46,066 nucleotides of DNA from Pirellula sp. GTDB taxonomy: Bacteria; Planctomycetota; Planctomycetia; Pirellulales; Pirellulaceae. Where the stretch lies: assembly GCA_040080875.1 (NCBI GenBank), contig JBEBHM010000001.1, positions 1-46,066 on the forward strand, read 5' to 3'. A model generated the notes under the pieces. That model saw only the letters and a list, made by a program, of their open reading frames with translations, was not told where the DNA came from and ran no database searches. The position numbers were made by a program, and so were the translations under genes. Positions 27,104 through 40,500 of this stretch are shown here, in pieces; position 1 is the first letter of the stretch; each line of letters opens with the position of its first letter.

Positions 27104-28489
27104 ATGAACCCCTTTCGTAGACAAATGATTAGATCGCTGGCCGGGAGCGGGCTGCTGCTGCCAGGATTGATGTCCGAGTTGATGGCAGACGATTCACCGA
27201 CCGACAAAACGGGTCCGTTGGTAGTCGATCCACTTGCACCGAAGAAGCCACATTTTGAGGGCCGGGCCAAACGAGTCATCTTCTTGTTCATGACCGGAGG
27301 CGTTTCGCACATCGATACCTTTGATCCAAAGCCTGTCCTAACCGAGCGCCACGATCAACAATACAAGCCCAATCTGTTTTATAAGGGGAGCGGTTGGAAG
27401 TATCAAAGGTATGGCCAGTGCGGTACTGAGGTAAGCGACCTTTTTCCGCAGATCGGCGGCATCATGGACGATGCGTGTTTGATTCGTTCGATGACCAATA
27501 TCAATGGCGATCATTTCGGGGCTACGATTGGTGTTCATACGGGATCGGCAACCTTTAATCGTCCCAGCATCGGTTCGTGGATCAGCTATGGGCTCGGCAC
27601 GGAGAACGCAAATTTGCCCGCGTTCATGGTCATTTCGCCAGGGCTTCCCTATGCGGGTGGTCAAGTCTGGGGTTCGGACTTCTTGCCAGCCGTTCATCAA
27701 GGAACGCGAGTCATTCCAGGACCGGAACCGATCGCCAATATGCACCGTCGAGCAAGGACCGCAGAGTTGCAGCGGACCGAACTCGATATGCTCTCGTACT
27801 TCAATCAACAGCATATGGTTGGTCGCGAATCGGATACACAACTCGCGGCACGTATCAAGTCGTTTGAGACGGCTGCTGGAATGCAAATGGCGGCACCCGA
27901 CCTGTTTGACCTGGGACAAGAGTCCAAAGCAACGCATGAACTGTACGGGCTTGAACCCGGCGACACATCGGGCTTTGCATGGCAGTGTCTGGTTGCTCGG
28001 CGAATGGTGGAGCGTGGCGTGAGGTTTGTAGAGTTGATCGACGGCGACAGCAACGTAGATCGCAACTGGGATGCGCACGCCGAATTGACGAAGTACAATC
28101 GCTTGGCTCGCAACGTGGACCAACCGGTAGCGGCGTTGATCAAGGATTTAAAATCGCGTGGAATGCTAGATGATACGTTGGTGGTCTTCACGACGGAATT
28201 TGGTCGCGAGCCCTTTTTGCCGTCTCCAGGAACAAACGGTCGAGGTCATCATTCCAAAGTCTTCAGCACGTGGCTGGCGGGCGCAGGAGTGCGTGGCGGA
28301 ATGGTGTACGGTCGAAGCGATGAACTGGCCGACGGCGTGGCCGAGAACGAAGTCTCGGTTCATGATCTTCAAGCGACCATTTTGAATCGGCTCGGCATCG
28401 ACCATGAACGACTTACGTTTCGTCACGCAGGCCGCGATTTCCGGTTGACGGATGTCCATGGCCGCGTCGTGCGAGAGATTTTGAGCTAG
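27104..28489 (+). CDS. DUF1501 domain protein (Tat-exported)
   Basis: MNPFRRQM twin-arginine leader, AKRVIFLFMTGGVSHIDTFDPKP, CLVARRMVERGVRFV, WDAH, TEFGR and RLTDVHG. It follows directly after the DUF1553 gene. Confidence 0.95.
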   Translation: MNPFRRQMIRSLAGSGLLLPGLMSELMADDSPTDKTGPLVVDPLAPKKPHFEGRAKRVIFLFMTGGVSHIDTFDPKPVLTERHDQQYKPNLFYKGSGWKYQRYGQCGTEVSDLFPQIGGIMDDACLIRSMTNINGDHFGATIGVHTGSATFNRPSIGSWISYGLGTENANLPAFMVISPGLPYAGGQVWGSDFLPAVHQGTRVIPGPEPIANMHRRARTAELQRTELDMLSYFNQQHMVGRESDTQLAARIKSFETAAGMQMAAPDLFDLGQESKATHELYGLEPGDTSGFAWQCLVARRMVERGVRFVELIDGDSNVDRNWDAHAELTKYNRLARNVDQPVAALIKDLKSRGMLDDTLVVFTTEFGREPFLPSPGTNGRGHHSKVFSTWLAGAGVRGGMVYGRSDELADGVAENEVSVHDLQATILNRLGIDHERLTFRHAGRDFRLTDVHGRVVREILS

Positions 28490-28521
28490 TGCGTCCTGAT
28501 TCCTGATGTTTGGGTAGTGCT

Positions 28522-28555
28522 TGTTAAAGATCCTGCAGTATTGGGATCTTTAACA
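28522..28555. terminator. 12-bp-stem hairpin between convergent genes (candidate bidirectional terminator)
   Basis: TGTTAAAGATCC, 10-nt loop, GGATCTTTAACA. Confidence 0.65.
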
Positions 28556-28585
28556 TAACAAGATCCACTACGTAAAGCCTTGGAG

Positions 28586-31500
28586 TTATTTTTCGTAAGT
28601 GCGAATGGAGAGTTTTGTCAGCGTCACATCGATCTGACCAATGTCATCGGAACTCTTGGCTTCGATTTTCATGGATTTGATCGATGAATTGCCAACCGAG
28701 ACGGAATGGATCAATTGAAACTCGTCGGAACCTTTTTCTGCGTGCAAGAAATGAATTTCCCCGCCGCGTCGCGCTAGTCTTATGCGTCCCGATTCTTTGG
28801 GCCCGGCGGCAAAAAAGGTTTCGACCGTGGATTGGATGCCCGACGGTTGATTGCGCCGTCTCGAACCGATGAACTGCAAATCACCCTCAAGATTCTTCTT
28901 GATGGCTCCCTCGATCGAGGATTGTTCTGCATCGTCCAAGGATGCAACCAGGGCAAAGAGCGTTCCCCATCCCTGCTTGGCCGATTGGAACGAAGCGTCT
29001 TGGTAGTCGACCGTCACATCGCAGTCCTTTCCATGCGACACGGATAGCTGGAGCAAAGGTCTGGCCTCATAGGTCGAGGCATTCCTCATGGCGATTTTCA
29101 GTCCTGAATCGGTGACAGTGAACTGATCCGCTCGCCCTTGGATCTTGATCCCGGCCTTTTTGATCGCCTCCATCGATTGGTTCATGACGATCTCCGTCGT
29201 CTGCAGGTTATCACCGTCGGGTAACTGATATGGGCCACCCTTAGGATAGGCGAGTTCCTGATCCGCGATCGAAGGCAACGTTTTTGGCCACTCGCCTCGA
29301 TAGATGAGGTTTCGCACTCGGCATTGATACTTGTCCGAATATCGAAACAATCCAAAATGTCGCTCGTTGCGAGATATCTCCGCTGGGAACTCAGCGACTT
29401 GATGGTTGTTGACGAATAGTGATACGCGATTCCCCTTCATCGCAAGCTTGAATCGGTTCCAGTCTTTTTCTCGAAGTTCAATGGATGCCGAACCATCGAT
29501 GGCAACTTCGCTGGTCTTGTAGATGTTGTTATCGATTGGTTTTGTTGCGACTCCTTTTGGGGTAATGCAATAAACAACGTTTCCGACGCTTGGATGAACC
29601 TCGAACTCACCCGGAGTGTAGAACGACTCCCATTCGATCGTGCCATCCTCGAGCATTGGGCGCTGGTATTTCATCCAGCTTGGACTAACCACGGAGCCCA
29701 ACGACTTGGCTCGAAGGGTGCCTACGAGTTCATCTCCCATGAGTTGCCAAGGCTCGTTTTGCGACTGACCGGATCGATAATACATTTGACCGTCATCCAT
29801 GTTCACGAGTCCCCGATCGCCGGAATGGGTCTCGCCAAACCGATCGGCCCGCCAACCAGCCCATCCGCCCATCTTGATGAGATCTATTTCGCTAGGGATT
29901 TCCGGCGATCCAAGGATCCTCAAGTCTCGAATGACACTTGCAAAATGGGGTTGTTTGGCTTGCAATACGATCCATGGATCGGGCTGCTCGCTGAATCGCT
30001 CTTCATGGACGACGATTCCGTTGATCGAAGTCTTGACTCGGTTTCCATCGACCGCGACGGAGTGCTCAAAGAGATCCCCAGTGTCTGGCACATTGACTTT
30101 CTGTTCGATCTCGCGAGGGGCACGCAACAGTTTGGAAACCGAGATCGCTTGCTTGCCTTTGATCAAGTCGACAGCATGCATCCCATACGCAATGGCAACA
30201 TCTCGATTGTTGAACATGGAGCGCTGTGCGACGATTTCGAATTTGCCCTTTAGCGGTGATTGAAAATAGAGCATCGATGGCGAGCCACCCGTAATGTGTT
30301 GCAGCGTTCCTGGGCTAAAAGTCCAGCTCGAACGACGATTCCCAGCGGGTAGATCTGCAGGTCGAACGAATGGAACCGTCTGCCACTGCTTCGATGGATC
30401 GTTCGCGAGCGAAGGTTGTCGATCGGATGCCATGGCATTGGCCAGTCGTCCGGAAAGAATTCCAAGATGAGTTTTCCAAACAGCATTGTTGCTGGTCGTG
30501 TCTTTGTTGCGTTCGGTCTTGGTCAGGGCGATGGCGATATCGCTGGCCATGTTGGTCAATCCAGGGTGACTGGCTGCGTGCCAAGCGACCACAAACTCGG
30601 CCGCTCGGTCCCGCGATTCCATATCCTTTGGCATGCCTTGCGCCACCGGTGTATAAACATCTGCCATGATCTTTCGAATGAGCGCGTCATTGCGTTGTTC
30701 GATCGCGATCAGAGCTTGAATAGCATTCTTATTGCGAGTTTGGAGCGGATCCTTGGTTTCGGTGTTTCGGACCAACAGAGCTAGCTCATCAAGGCGTTTT
30801 AACTTGGCCGCAAGCTGCACCAATTCAATGGCCGGTGACAATAGTCGCTCGGTATCCGAATGGTCCATTTTCGAATCGTGCGGAGTACCTCCGGTGCCTT
30901 CGGGAGATTCCAATCGATAGTACAAACGGAAATTCGAGTGATCGTCGGATGGCAGGGTCCACTGCCGAAGCATGTCAAAGGCATGTTCATCCGTTAGCTT
31001 TCTCGATTGGGCGACGGTGTTCCGAACATCTGTATCCGCAAATCGATCCAACATGACTGAGTTGATAGCACGGCGATCGACTGGAGTTCGTTCGAGGTCC
31101 GTTGCGAATAGCCCTTGCCGCATCTCGGCTGTTAGCTCGGTTGGCCAGGGGCCCTTCAGAGACGCATTGCGTATTTTGGCGGCTTGGTTTTTGTATCGGA
31201 AGATGCCAAAGCGTGTATCCAGTTGTTGTTCGTGCGGTCGTTCGTAAACAATCACACCGTTGAGTGATACTGTTGCGACATGGTCCTTGAGAGTCAGCTC
31301 CACGGAATTCCAATCTCCATCCTTGAGCGGCGGGGCTCCCGAACCGCGGCGGTTTGTTGGTTCTTCGATGGCGTTGTCCAGGGGAATTCCATCGACGGCA
31401 TCATCCCAATTCGCCTGAGCGATCCAATGGGCTTTACTGCCGTTGGAGTCGAGCAAGAACGCGATGCGACCAAGCGTTGGGTACGCGACGCTCTCGCCGG

Positions 31501-34500
31501 ACTTGTGAAAAAACTCGTATGCAAAGGTCTCGCCCGAATCGAGTGGACGATGATAAAAGATCCAGCTTTGTCGCGGATCGAACAGATCGGTCGCCGCATC
31601 GGCATGGAGCACGCCATCTTTGATTGCCCAATCGAAAGTGGTTGGTTCTCGCTGTTGCGTATAGTAATTGGAGTCATTCTCGGTTGCTTGAACGGCCATG
31701 AGCCGTTTCTTGAAGCGAGTTTCATTAAAGAAGGTGCAATTCCAGCCATCCATCGAATCGCTATCGAGGAGCTTGACGGATCGAGGTATTACAGGTGAGC
31801 CGTAAATCGAGACGTTGCGGAAAGAAGCCATGTTGCCGCGTGGGGCTGACAATGCGATCCAAGGACTCGTCTTGGAATTGCCCTCTGAGTAGATCTCGCG
31901 GTGGTCGATGGTAAAGGCCTGTTTCTGAATCGACGAACGCATCGACATGGCTTTCGTGTCAGTGCTTGCATCGGGCGTACGTGGAATGTATTGATAAATG
32001 GATTCGCCACCCGATTGCGATGCAACTTGTGAATCTTGTAGCAAGCAGCCCCCAAACCCTAAGCTGCCCGAGACGGGAAAGCTCGATTCGACCGACACCT
32101 CGAAATCCCCTTCGAGCGGGTATTTGAAATAGAGCGTGTCCGCTCCTAGTCCCGCCAGGTAGTTCAGTCGCCCTTCGGATACATACCACCAAGACTTGGT
32201 GGCGGTTGCGGGTTCGCTCATGTTGGAGGCGGAAATCCAGTGGACGAAGCGAGCATCCTCGCCCGGTTTTGCTGTCGCATGAGTATCCGCGAAGAGACGA
32301 TTCGCGAATTCAAAGGTGGTCCGCGACGGGAACGCGGGAAAGTACACATTCGATGCGCTGAACTGTGTCTTTCCGAGTGCCTTCAAGTAGGCATTGGCAA
32401 ACTCGGACGATCGCATGCAGGCTGAGAATAGCACGTAATCAAGATTAGCAAACGAAGGGTCGATGTTCGTACTGGCGGGGTTGGTCGGACCCGTGGGTGG
32501 TTTTTTGCGTTCAAGGATATTATTGACAGCGGTTGTGATGGCAGGTTCGAAGGATTTAGGATCGGCGCGCTCCATCGCAATCAACGCCAAAAGCACGTCG
32601 GCACCCATGATCTTTTCTTCTATCGCCTGTTCCGATTGTTTTTGCAGTTCGTCCAGCTGTGCCGACTCTTTCGCCGCATCGACGAGCTCGGTAAAGTTGC
32701 AAACAAAATCGGTGTTCAAAGGTTTTCGTTGCGTCGCAGCCAGCTTGAGGAAGGGTTCGGGCGCGGTCGTCGGGATCATCAATTCGGCCGAAAAGCGAAT
32801 GGTCTTGCGTGCGGGTGCAGGCATGGTCCATGTTCGCCAGGTATTGTATCTTTCGACCGGTGGCTTGCCCCTGAGCTCACGGGCCGCAACGGCAAGTGGC
32901 AATTTCATCGATATCGAACCATAACGATTGGTCGACAAATCAAGCGATCGACCGGCGAAATCCATTGCAACGTCGGTGATGCCTATGCGAGCGGCTTCCG
33001 ATGCGAATGTTGCGATATCACTTTTCTGTTGACCGATGCCGCCATCGCTGTACCGCGCATAGTAAGACTGGCGCGATGCGACGAGGGATTCAAAATATTT
33101 CTTAACCGACTCCGAGTTTCCGGATTCGGCGACATGTCGATGGACCATTTCAGCCAGTTTGCCCATCGAACTCGATCCGTCGGAAACACTTGGTTCGCCG
33201 AAAGGATTGCTGTTATTGGATTGATTGCCTATCGTTGCCAACGTCTGCTGCTCGAGCCCTTTCTTGAGAATCGAAATGGCTGCATCCTTGAGCGATGGAA
33301 TGGTTGTGGCGCGCAGAGCGGCATGGCTAGCTGTTTGCATGAGCGCAGGCGAGATGGGCTTGGCGCATTCCTTTCCAAGCTCATCCATGCGAGTCTTTGC
33401 TTTCTCCGTTTGGCCAGATCCGATAGCGATCAGGGTTTGCATAACGGTTGCTGGAATGATGGTAGCTGGCGTCCTCTTGCGTTCCTCCAGTTGGCTTTCG
33501 AGTTCCTCCGTTTTTCCGGCCTTTTTGGCCCAGGCAACCAGCGACTCGCCCAGGCTGGACAATCTCGCTTCTCGCAAATTGGATGTGTCGGTGTACAGAT
33601 GGACTTCGGTCGGTCGAGTTGATGGTAATACCAACGCTTTAAGCAGGTCGTAGACCTCGCCCGGCGGGTAAGCTGTGCCGTTCCATTTCGCAATTGTTTT
33701 TTGGAGCGCCTGCGATACTTGAGATTCATTGGTATTGTTGCCACCTGGACGAGCGTTTGCGCTGCTCAGCGTGCTGGCCGTTACTACACCTCCGGCCATT
33801 GAAATCGACCTGGAAGTTTGAGGGACCGAGACATCGTCGATGGGAATTCCTCCAGCGAGTGCATCCTTAACCGCCTTGCGAGATAGCCCGTGCATGTCGT
33901 TTTCTGTGGCCAAGAGCGAGACCATCATCGCAAGATTAAACTGCGACATCGTCAACGGAGGAATCGTATCTCCGGCTGATCTGGCTGATGGATTCGGCCC
34001 CGATGAAGTCGGCCCCGATGGAATTGCCCCGGCACTAGGGCGAGCCGGTTGGCCTGGAAGTTGTCCCGCAGCCAGTCGCTGCGCCACTTGAGGTGGTAGG
34101 TTGACACCAGGAGGCAGCGCGAGCCCCTGAGGAACTGCGGCACCGGCAGGCGATGGGCCGCGTTGCGCAACACCGGTCGCAGGATTGACTTGGTTGAGGG
34201 CCGCGTTTGGAGACGGAGCAGGGGCGGGTTTGCGTTTTGGTCGTTCGGTAGCAATCTTCAGCAACTCGGAGAGTTTTTCTTCAGCGCCAACTCGATCACC
34301 TTGCTCGGTCAGAATACTGGTCCACTCCATGAGGATGGATGCCGAGTGTAAATAGCCGACTTGACGTCGAGCTGAGAGCAACGCTCGTTCGGCGAGCGCT
34401 TGCCCTTGTGCGAGCTTTGCTTTATCACGCAAGCATTCTCGAGCCACCAACCACAAGGGAACGGAAAGCATTGCTTCTTTTCGCTGTCTAGAATTGGGTT

Positions 34501-37500
34501 GGCGCCCCTCGGCGATTGCATCCAGCGGGTTATCTTTGACGGCAGCCACCAGGCTGTCGATTAGGCTATCGATATCATCTAGCTTCGATTTACTGCGGAA
34601 CAAGACGTGTGCAACACCGATCGACAAGTCTTTTGGCAAATTGGCTTGCATGTCAGCCATCCTCATGTCGATCGCTCGCTTCGCGCTGCCCGTCTCTGCC
34701 AGTGACTTGAACAGATCGGACAAGCCACTTTCCATGCGTTTGGTTTGAATCGTTTTGGAATCTGGAATCGATAAAATGAGGTCTATCGCCGCAGAACCCG
34801 TCGGTAAACGTTCGGGAGTAGTGAGCAGATGCGTCATGGCTTCGCTGGCGTTGTCAGAATTCAGCGATTGCAATGCTTTCGCGATCCCTTTGTTAGCTTG
34901 CGTGGCGTAGTAATCCGGTTGTCGCCCATTCCAACTGGCGGCTAGCTCCAGTGCCATTTGATCTTCGGTTGATTCCCGGTAAAGTCGGACCGCGTCAACC
35001 GGCATGCCGATTTCCAAGAATTTGTTGGCCGCCCACATCGAATTCTCGATGCGAATGTTGGAGGCATATTGAGCATCGTAATTGGGCAGATTAACATTGC
35101 GAACCAATTTGAGAATCAGAGTTCGAGCGTCCTCTTTCCTGCCCGAGTCGGTATAAACCTTCACTAGCCGTGCGGCCGGAGAATATTGGATTTGCTGCAT
35201 CGAGCCCGAGTCCGTGGTCGCAAGTGCCTGCTCGAACAACTTGATGGCCAAGGGACGTCCATCTTGGGTGCGATCCAATTCTTGGCCGACGATCCAGCAA
35301 GCACTGGATGGCATCCCTTTAAGAACAGACGCGTCGTCCAAGACTTCCATGAATCGCTTGGCACCTTGCTCTTTGCGACCGGCGTTAAGATCCATGATTC
35401 CCAACATCGTTTTTCCGCCCAGCCAGCCTGGCATCTTTTGAACACCTTCAGAAATCGCTTTTTCCATGTCCGCTTGTTTACCGGACGCGCCGATACTTTG
35501 AATCATTGTGCTAAACGAGCTATTCACGCTGTCGGTCGAATACGAGTATATTTGGTCCACACCAAACCATGGCTTGGCATCTACCTGCGACTCAGTGGGA
35601 ATAAACGATCGCTTGCCGATCTCAAAGAGACGATCGTTTTGCCACAATTTGGGATTTCTCAGATTGGACAGCATGTTGCTGCGGTAACTCGGAAAGGCAT
35701 CAAAGACTTTTTCAAGAAGCTCTATGGCGACTGCCGAATTTTTTTCGTCTCCCATCAAATTCGAGACGAGATCGATGATGTAATAGGGTTGCTGGATTTT
35801 GCGAACGTTCATTCCCTTGAGGGCATCGACTAGTTCTGGCGTTCGATTCGCCCGTTGAAAGACGTTTCGGACAGAGTAGAAATCATCCATCACCCATTCG
35901 GGTTTGCTGCGTAGCAACTCCAAATACTGATCGCAGGCCTCCTTCAATTTGTTGTTGGATTCGAGGTTCTTAGTCCATTGATAGCGAAGCACGATGGAAT
36001 CGGGCTTTTTCGCGACCGCTTTCTCCAATAACTCGCCAACTTTGTTTTTGTCACCCAATGTGTTGTAGTACTCGATCAGTTGTTCATAGAGTCGAGTCGA
36101 GTCAGGCGACCGGGCGAGTTGCGATTCGACTTGCGCGATGACGTTTTTTAGATCACCGGTTTGAACCAACACCTGCAGGGCTTGCCTGCGAGTCGCATCG
36201 CCCGATTGCGAATAGCGAAACGGATTGCGAGTCGAACTCGCCATGGCGGACGAATTCGCAGCACTGGTACGTTGGAGCAACATGTGCGCGATTTGCTTTG
36301 CCTCGTCGGTTTTGCCAAGCCCTTGATACATGGTCATGAGGGAAAGTAGCGAAGACGACTGGCTCCCCGCTTTTCGTTCAGCTCTTGAGATGACGGCATC
36401 GGCCAACTCGTGCAATCCGAGACGTCGCATTCGCTGTGCCAAATTGAGTTGGGTATTGGTATCCAATCGCAATCCAAAGAGCCTTTCGGCTGCCGCAAAG
36501 GCTCGTTCGTTGTCACCGAGGCGCTCTGCGATTTGCAGCGCCGCGAGCTCTTTGCGTTGCAACCATTGTTGATCCCGGGGCATTATCGATTCGATGATCT
36601 CGAGAGCATCGTCGAGATCACCCCGCATTTCTCGCATGGCTGCCATTTCGAATCGAAAATTAATATCTTCCTTGAGTGCATCGCTTACTTTGGTCATCAG
36701 TTCGACCGATTCGTCTTGGTCCTCCGTCCACCAAAGCGCCGCTGCGAGCATCAATTGTTCGTAGAGTCGATCGTCTTCCGGCGCTTTTTCGAGTCTCTTT
36801 CGCAAATGTGCAGGCAGGTCAGCGACCACGTCATTGCGTTTGAAGACTTCGAAGACCTCACGGATTAGGCCAAGGGTCGTTTGATCCAAGTACACGTTGG
36901 GGCGAGGGAAATCCAGTCTCGCCTGAATTCGTTCTTTGCCATACATGCACTCGAGGTAGTACTGACCTGCAGACGCTCCGCTGGTCACTGCGGCTTGGCG
37001 CTGATTGAGCTTCGATTGTTCCGTTCGGCGTTGCTTCGCCCCCTCAATCGCAAGGTCCAACGCTGGATCTAGTATGGAAAGGATTTGCGCGTGTTCCTCA
37101 TCAGGTCCCAGTTTACCCATCCATCGCATCAATAGATTTGAAAGTCCGGCCAAGGGTGTCACTCGCTGGCTTGCAAGCCGGTTTTGTCGAGTTGGAACGG
37201 CGGTTGCAGCTTTCGCAATGTCTTGCTTTGCTTGTGCGATCCAGCGAGCGTAGACGCTCGAAGCTTCGTCGAGTTTGTTTTCTTCGAAGAGCAGTGCTAG
37301 GACGCCTGCCAACTGGGCTGCCGACTTGGCATCGGTTTGCGCGCGCCCGATGAGATCTTTGGCCTGTTGTTCGCGTCCCGCCAGTTGGAGTTCCTTGACC
37401 ACCATTCCCATATAGTTGGAGGCTTGGCTGAAAGCGCCTGAGATTTGGATATACTGGCCGCCAACGTTGACATAAGCTTGCCCTGACGTGGAATAGATGA

Positions 37501-40500
37501 TTTGGCTGCTGGATACGGCTGCACTGAGGTCGTCCGCGGTCAGTTTTCCTAACGAGTCAAAGCAGGCCATCATCAGGTCGAGATCTTCGGTGGTCAAAGG
37601 CGTTTTCTTTTGCGTCGCTTCGTTGGCGCGCACAGATGACCCCTGATCGACCGACATGCCTCGGAGCTGCAGCGAATTCAGAAAGTAGCTTTTCTCCTCT
37701 TTGCCACCAGTTTTCGCGAGCCGCCGGGCCATGTTAAAGACTTCGTCATTTTTGTTTCGGAGCGTCGCCAAATAGAGTGCATCGTAGGTTGCATCACGTG
37801 AAGCGTTGACTTCGCTGGCTCGCGCAGAGATCTCATCTGCGAACGACGCGTTTGCATCCTTTTCGCTTGGACGGCTAGGTGCAAGGTCCGTGGAAACGGA
37901 GTTATTCGAACTAGAGTTCTTCGATGCAACAGCTGACGACGATTCACCTTTGGCGTCCTCCTCGAATTTCAAGAGCCACCCGTAGGATGCCATGCGCGCA
38001 AGACAAAAATAGTCGGGCATCCAAACGGGAGGGGGGCCAGAGCTGCTCGAATAATAATTGTCGCTGGATAGGCCAACGGCTCTTTGAATCGCGCTGGACA
38101 TGTTGAGCAGCGTCAGCGGAGATTGTCGAGCTGGTAGCTGGGTCGAAGCGCCACGGAGGTTGTCCGATTTGGCTTTGGCTTGCGCCTGTTTGAATTTGGC
38201 GAGCGCATTGGTACCCATGCTGTCATGTGGAATCGAAAGCGCTAGAAGTCGCTTGAATCGGAGCGATGCCTCTTCGCGTTTGTTCAACATGGCCCATGCG
38301 ACACCTTCGCGGTAGATGAGTTCCCAATCATCGCGTTGTTGACTTAAGAGGGGGTCGAGAATGCTGATGGCGGCTTCGAGACTGGACTGTTGCAACAGCG
38401 AATCAACACTTTTAAGAAGTTTGGCCGGATCCTCTTCTCGCCGAGTAAGTTTCACGAGGATCTCGGTGGCTTCATCGCGATCTCCTCTCGTTTGCAGCAT
38501 TTTGGCCAGGGGGAATTCAGTCTCGGCCCCTGGAGCGATTGCGACCAATTGGCGTTGGTAGCCAATGGCTGCTTCGAGATCGCTGCCTCCCTCGCAGAGC
38601 TTGGCGAGTTGCTGCAGTAGGTTGGTATCGCGAGTTTCCTTGCTTAAGAGACTTTCCAATTCTTGTCTAGCGGTCCCATAGTCGCCGGCCAGATTGTGGG
38701 CTTGCGCGAGGCAAATGGTCATCTCGCGTCGTTTTTCTTCTTCGCGTCGGTCGCGTTCAAGGCGTTCTACCAATTTCTCAAACTGGTTGATTTGCAGATA
38801 GAGCGGGACAAGCTTTAACACGAGGCTCGTTTTGTCGTCGAGTTCGTCCGATTTTTCGAACGCTCTCCAATAGACTTCGATCGCTTCCTCAGTCCGAAGT
38901 TGGTCTGAAAGGGCTCCTCCGAGGGCCATAATCAAATGCGGTTCGTTGGGGTTGATGCGAACCGCTTTGCGCAATGCCTCTAGGCCTTCGGCTTGCTTGC
39001 CGAGTCGAAAGCACATCTGCGCCAAGAACTCGTAGTTGTCGGTATTGCCTGGTGCCGACACGATGAGATCCTGCGATGCCTTGAGTGCTTCGTCGGATCG
39101 GCCGAGCTGGGCCTCGAGTCGAGCGACGTTCATCAAATGGTCACCGATCGATCGTCGATCGACCGATGCGAGCTTGCGATTCAATTGCGCAGCCTGTCCG
39201 AAATCGCCTGAGGCTTCGGCTATCTTCGCAGCCGTCGTGAGAATCGGAATCGATTTCTCATCGCGCCCTATCGCTTCATTGATCGCTTCGGACGCAGAAG
39301 CCCACTGGCGTTCGGCTTCTAGGTATCGGGCTAGAACGTGCCACTGTTCGGCAGTTGCGGCGGCATTGCTCCGAAGGGCCGACGAAAGTTTTTCGATCTC
39401 TGCATCAAGACGTTGGCTGGACTGAAAAACCTCGATGCGCTGTTTGATGATGGCACTACGTTCGTCCTCGTTCGCAGCAAGTTTTTCGGCGGCATCGATA
39501 AAGCCGAGGGCCTCGTCGGTCTTGTCCGCGCGCATATGATAGTCCGCGCTGCGCAGTTGCAAGCTGAAATCTTTGGGTGACATTTTGCAAGCCTCTGCAA
39601 TCTCGGAGGCAGATTGCTGATTGAATCCAAAACTGTTGTAGACCTCAGCCAGCCGAGTGATGTTCTCGGCGGTACGACGCGTTCCCTCAGCGATCGACTT
39701 CCAAACGAGCGCTGCTTCGTCGGACCGTTTTTGAATATGGAGGTACTCCCCTAAATACTCTCGATACTGAGGTTCGTTGGGAGCCACTTCGACAGCCTTT
39801 TGGTAGAGCCCGGTTGCTTCCTCGGTGAGATTCGATTGACGGTACAGGTCGGCAACTTGAGCGAGATTGGATGCGTCGTTGGGCCGAATGGCAACGATCT
39901 GGCTCCAAACTCGAACGGCCTCCTTTTTGCGCACGTCGGCATCTTGCGATTTGTCCTTGAGTACTAGTTTCCCCCAGTCCCGAAGGAAGTCCGGATTTGA
40001 CGGAGCCGAAGCAACGAGCTGTTCGTACTGTTTGATGGCTTCCGGGATACGCTGGTCGTCGACGAGTTGATCGATGAATGCTTTGCGAAGATCCGCTCGA
40101 GAGGGCGCAAGCTTTAGTGCTTTCTCCATCCAAACCGTGGCTTCAGGGACACGAGCGGACGACGCCAAGAACTTTGCTAAGCGAGCCATGGCTTCGATAT
40201 CTTCCGGGCGAGTCGACAGCCATTTTTCATAGTATTTCACCAAGTTGTCTTGATCGCCCGATTTTAGGAATACATTTTCGATTCGGCGTCGAACATCGCG
40301 ATAGAGCCAACTGTCTGGATTGAGGTCTTGGAGTACGGACTCCATGTCGTTGATGCCGACGTCCCTTTGATTTGTTTTGACCTTAAGCCCAGCCGCCTCG
40401 ACGCGGAATAGAACGCGTCGATAGTCGTCTTTGACGAGTTTGGCGAGGCGTTCGTAGCGAGGTAGCGCAAGCGCATGCCCACCTTCTTCGGCTAGCGTCA

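Noticed and set aside
24358-28459. Minus-strand ORFs of up to 279 aa opposite the PSCyt and DUF1501 genes
   Set aside because: They are antisense shadows of well-supported genes.
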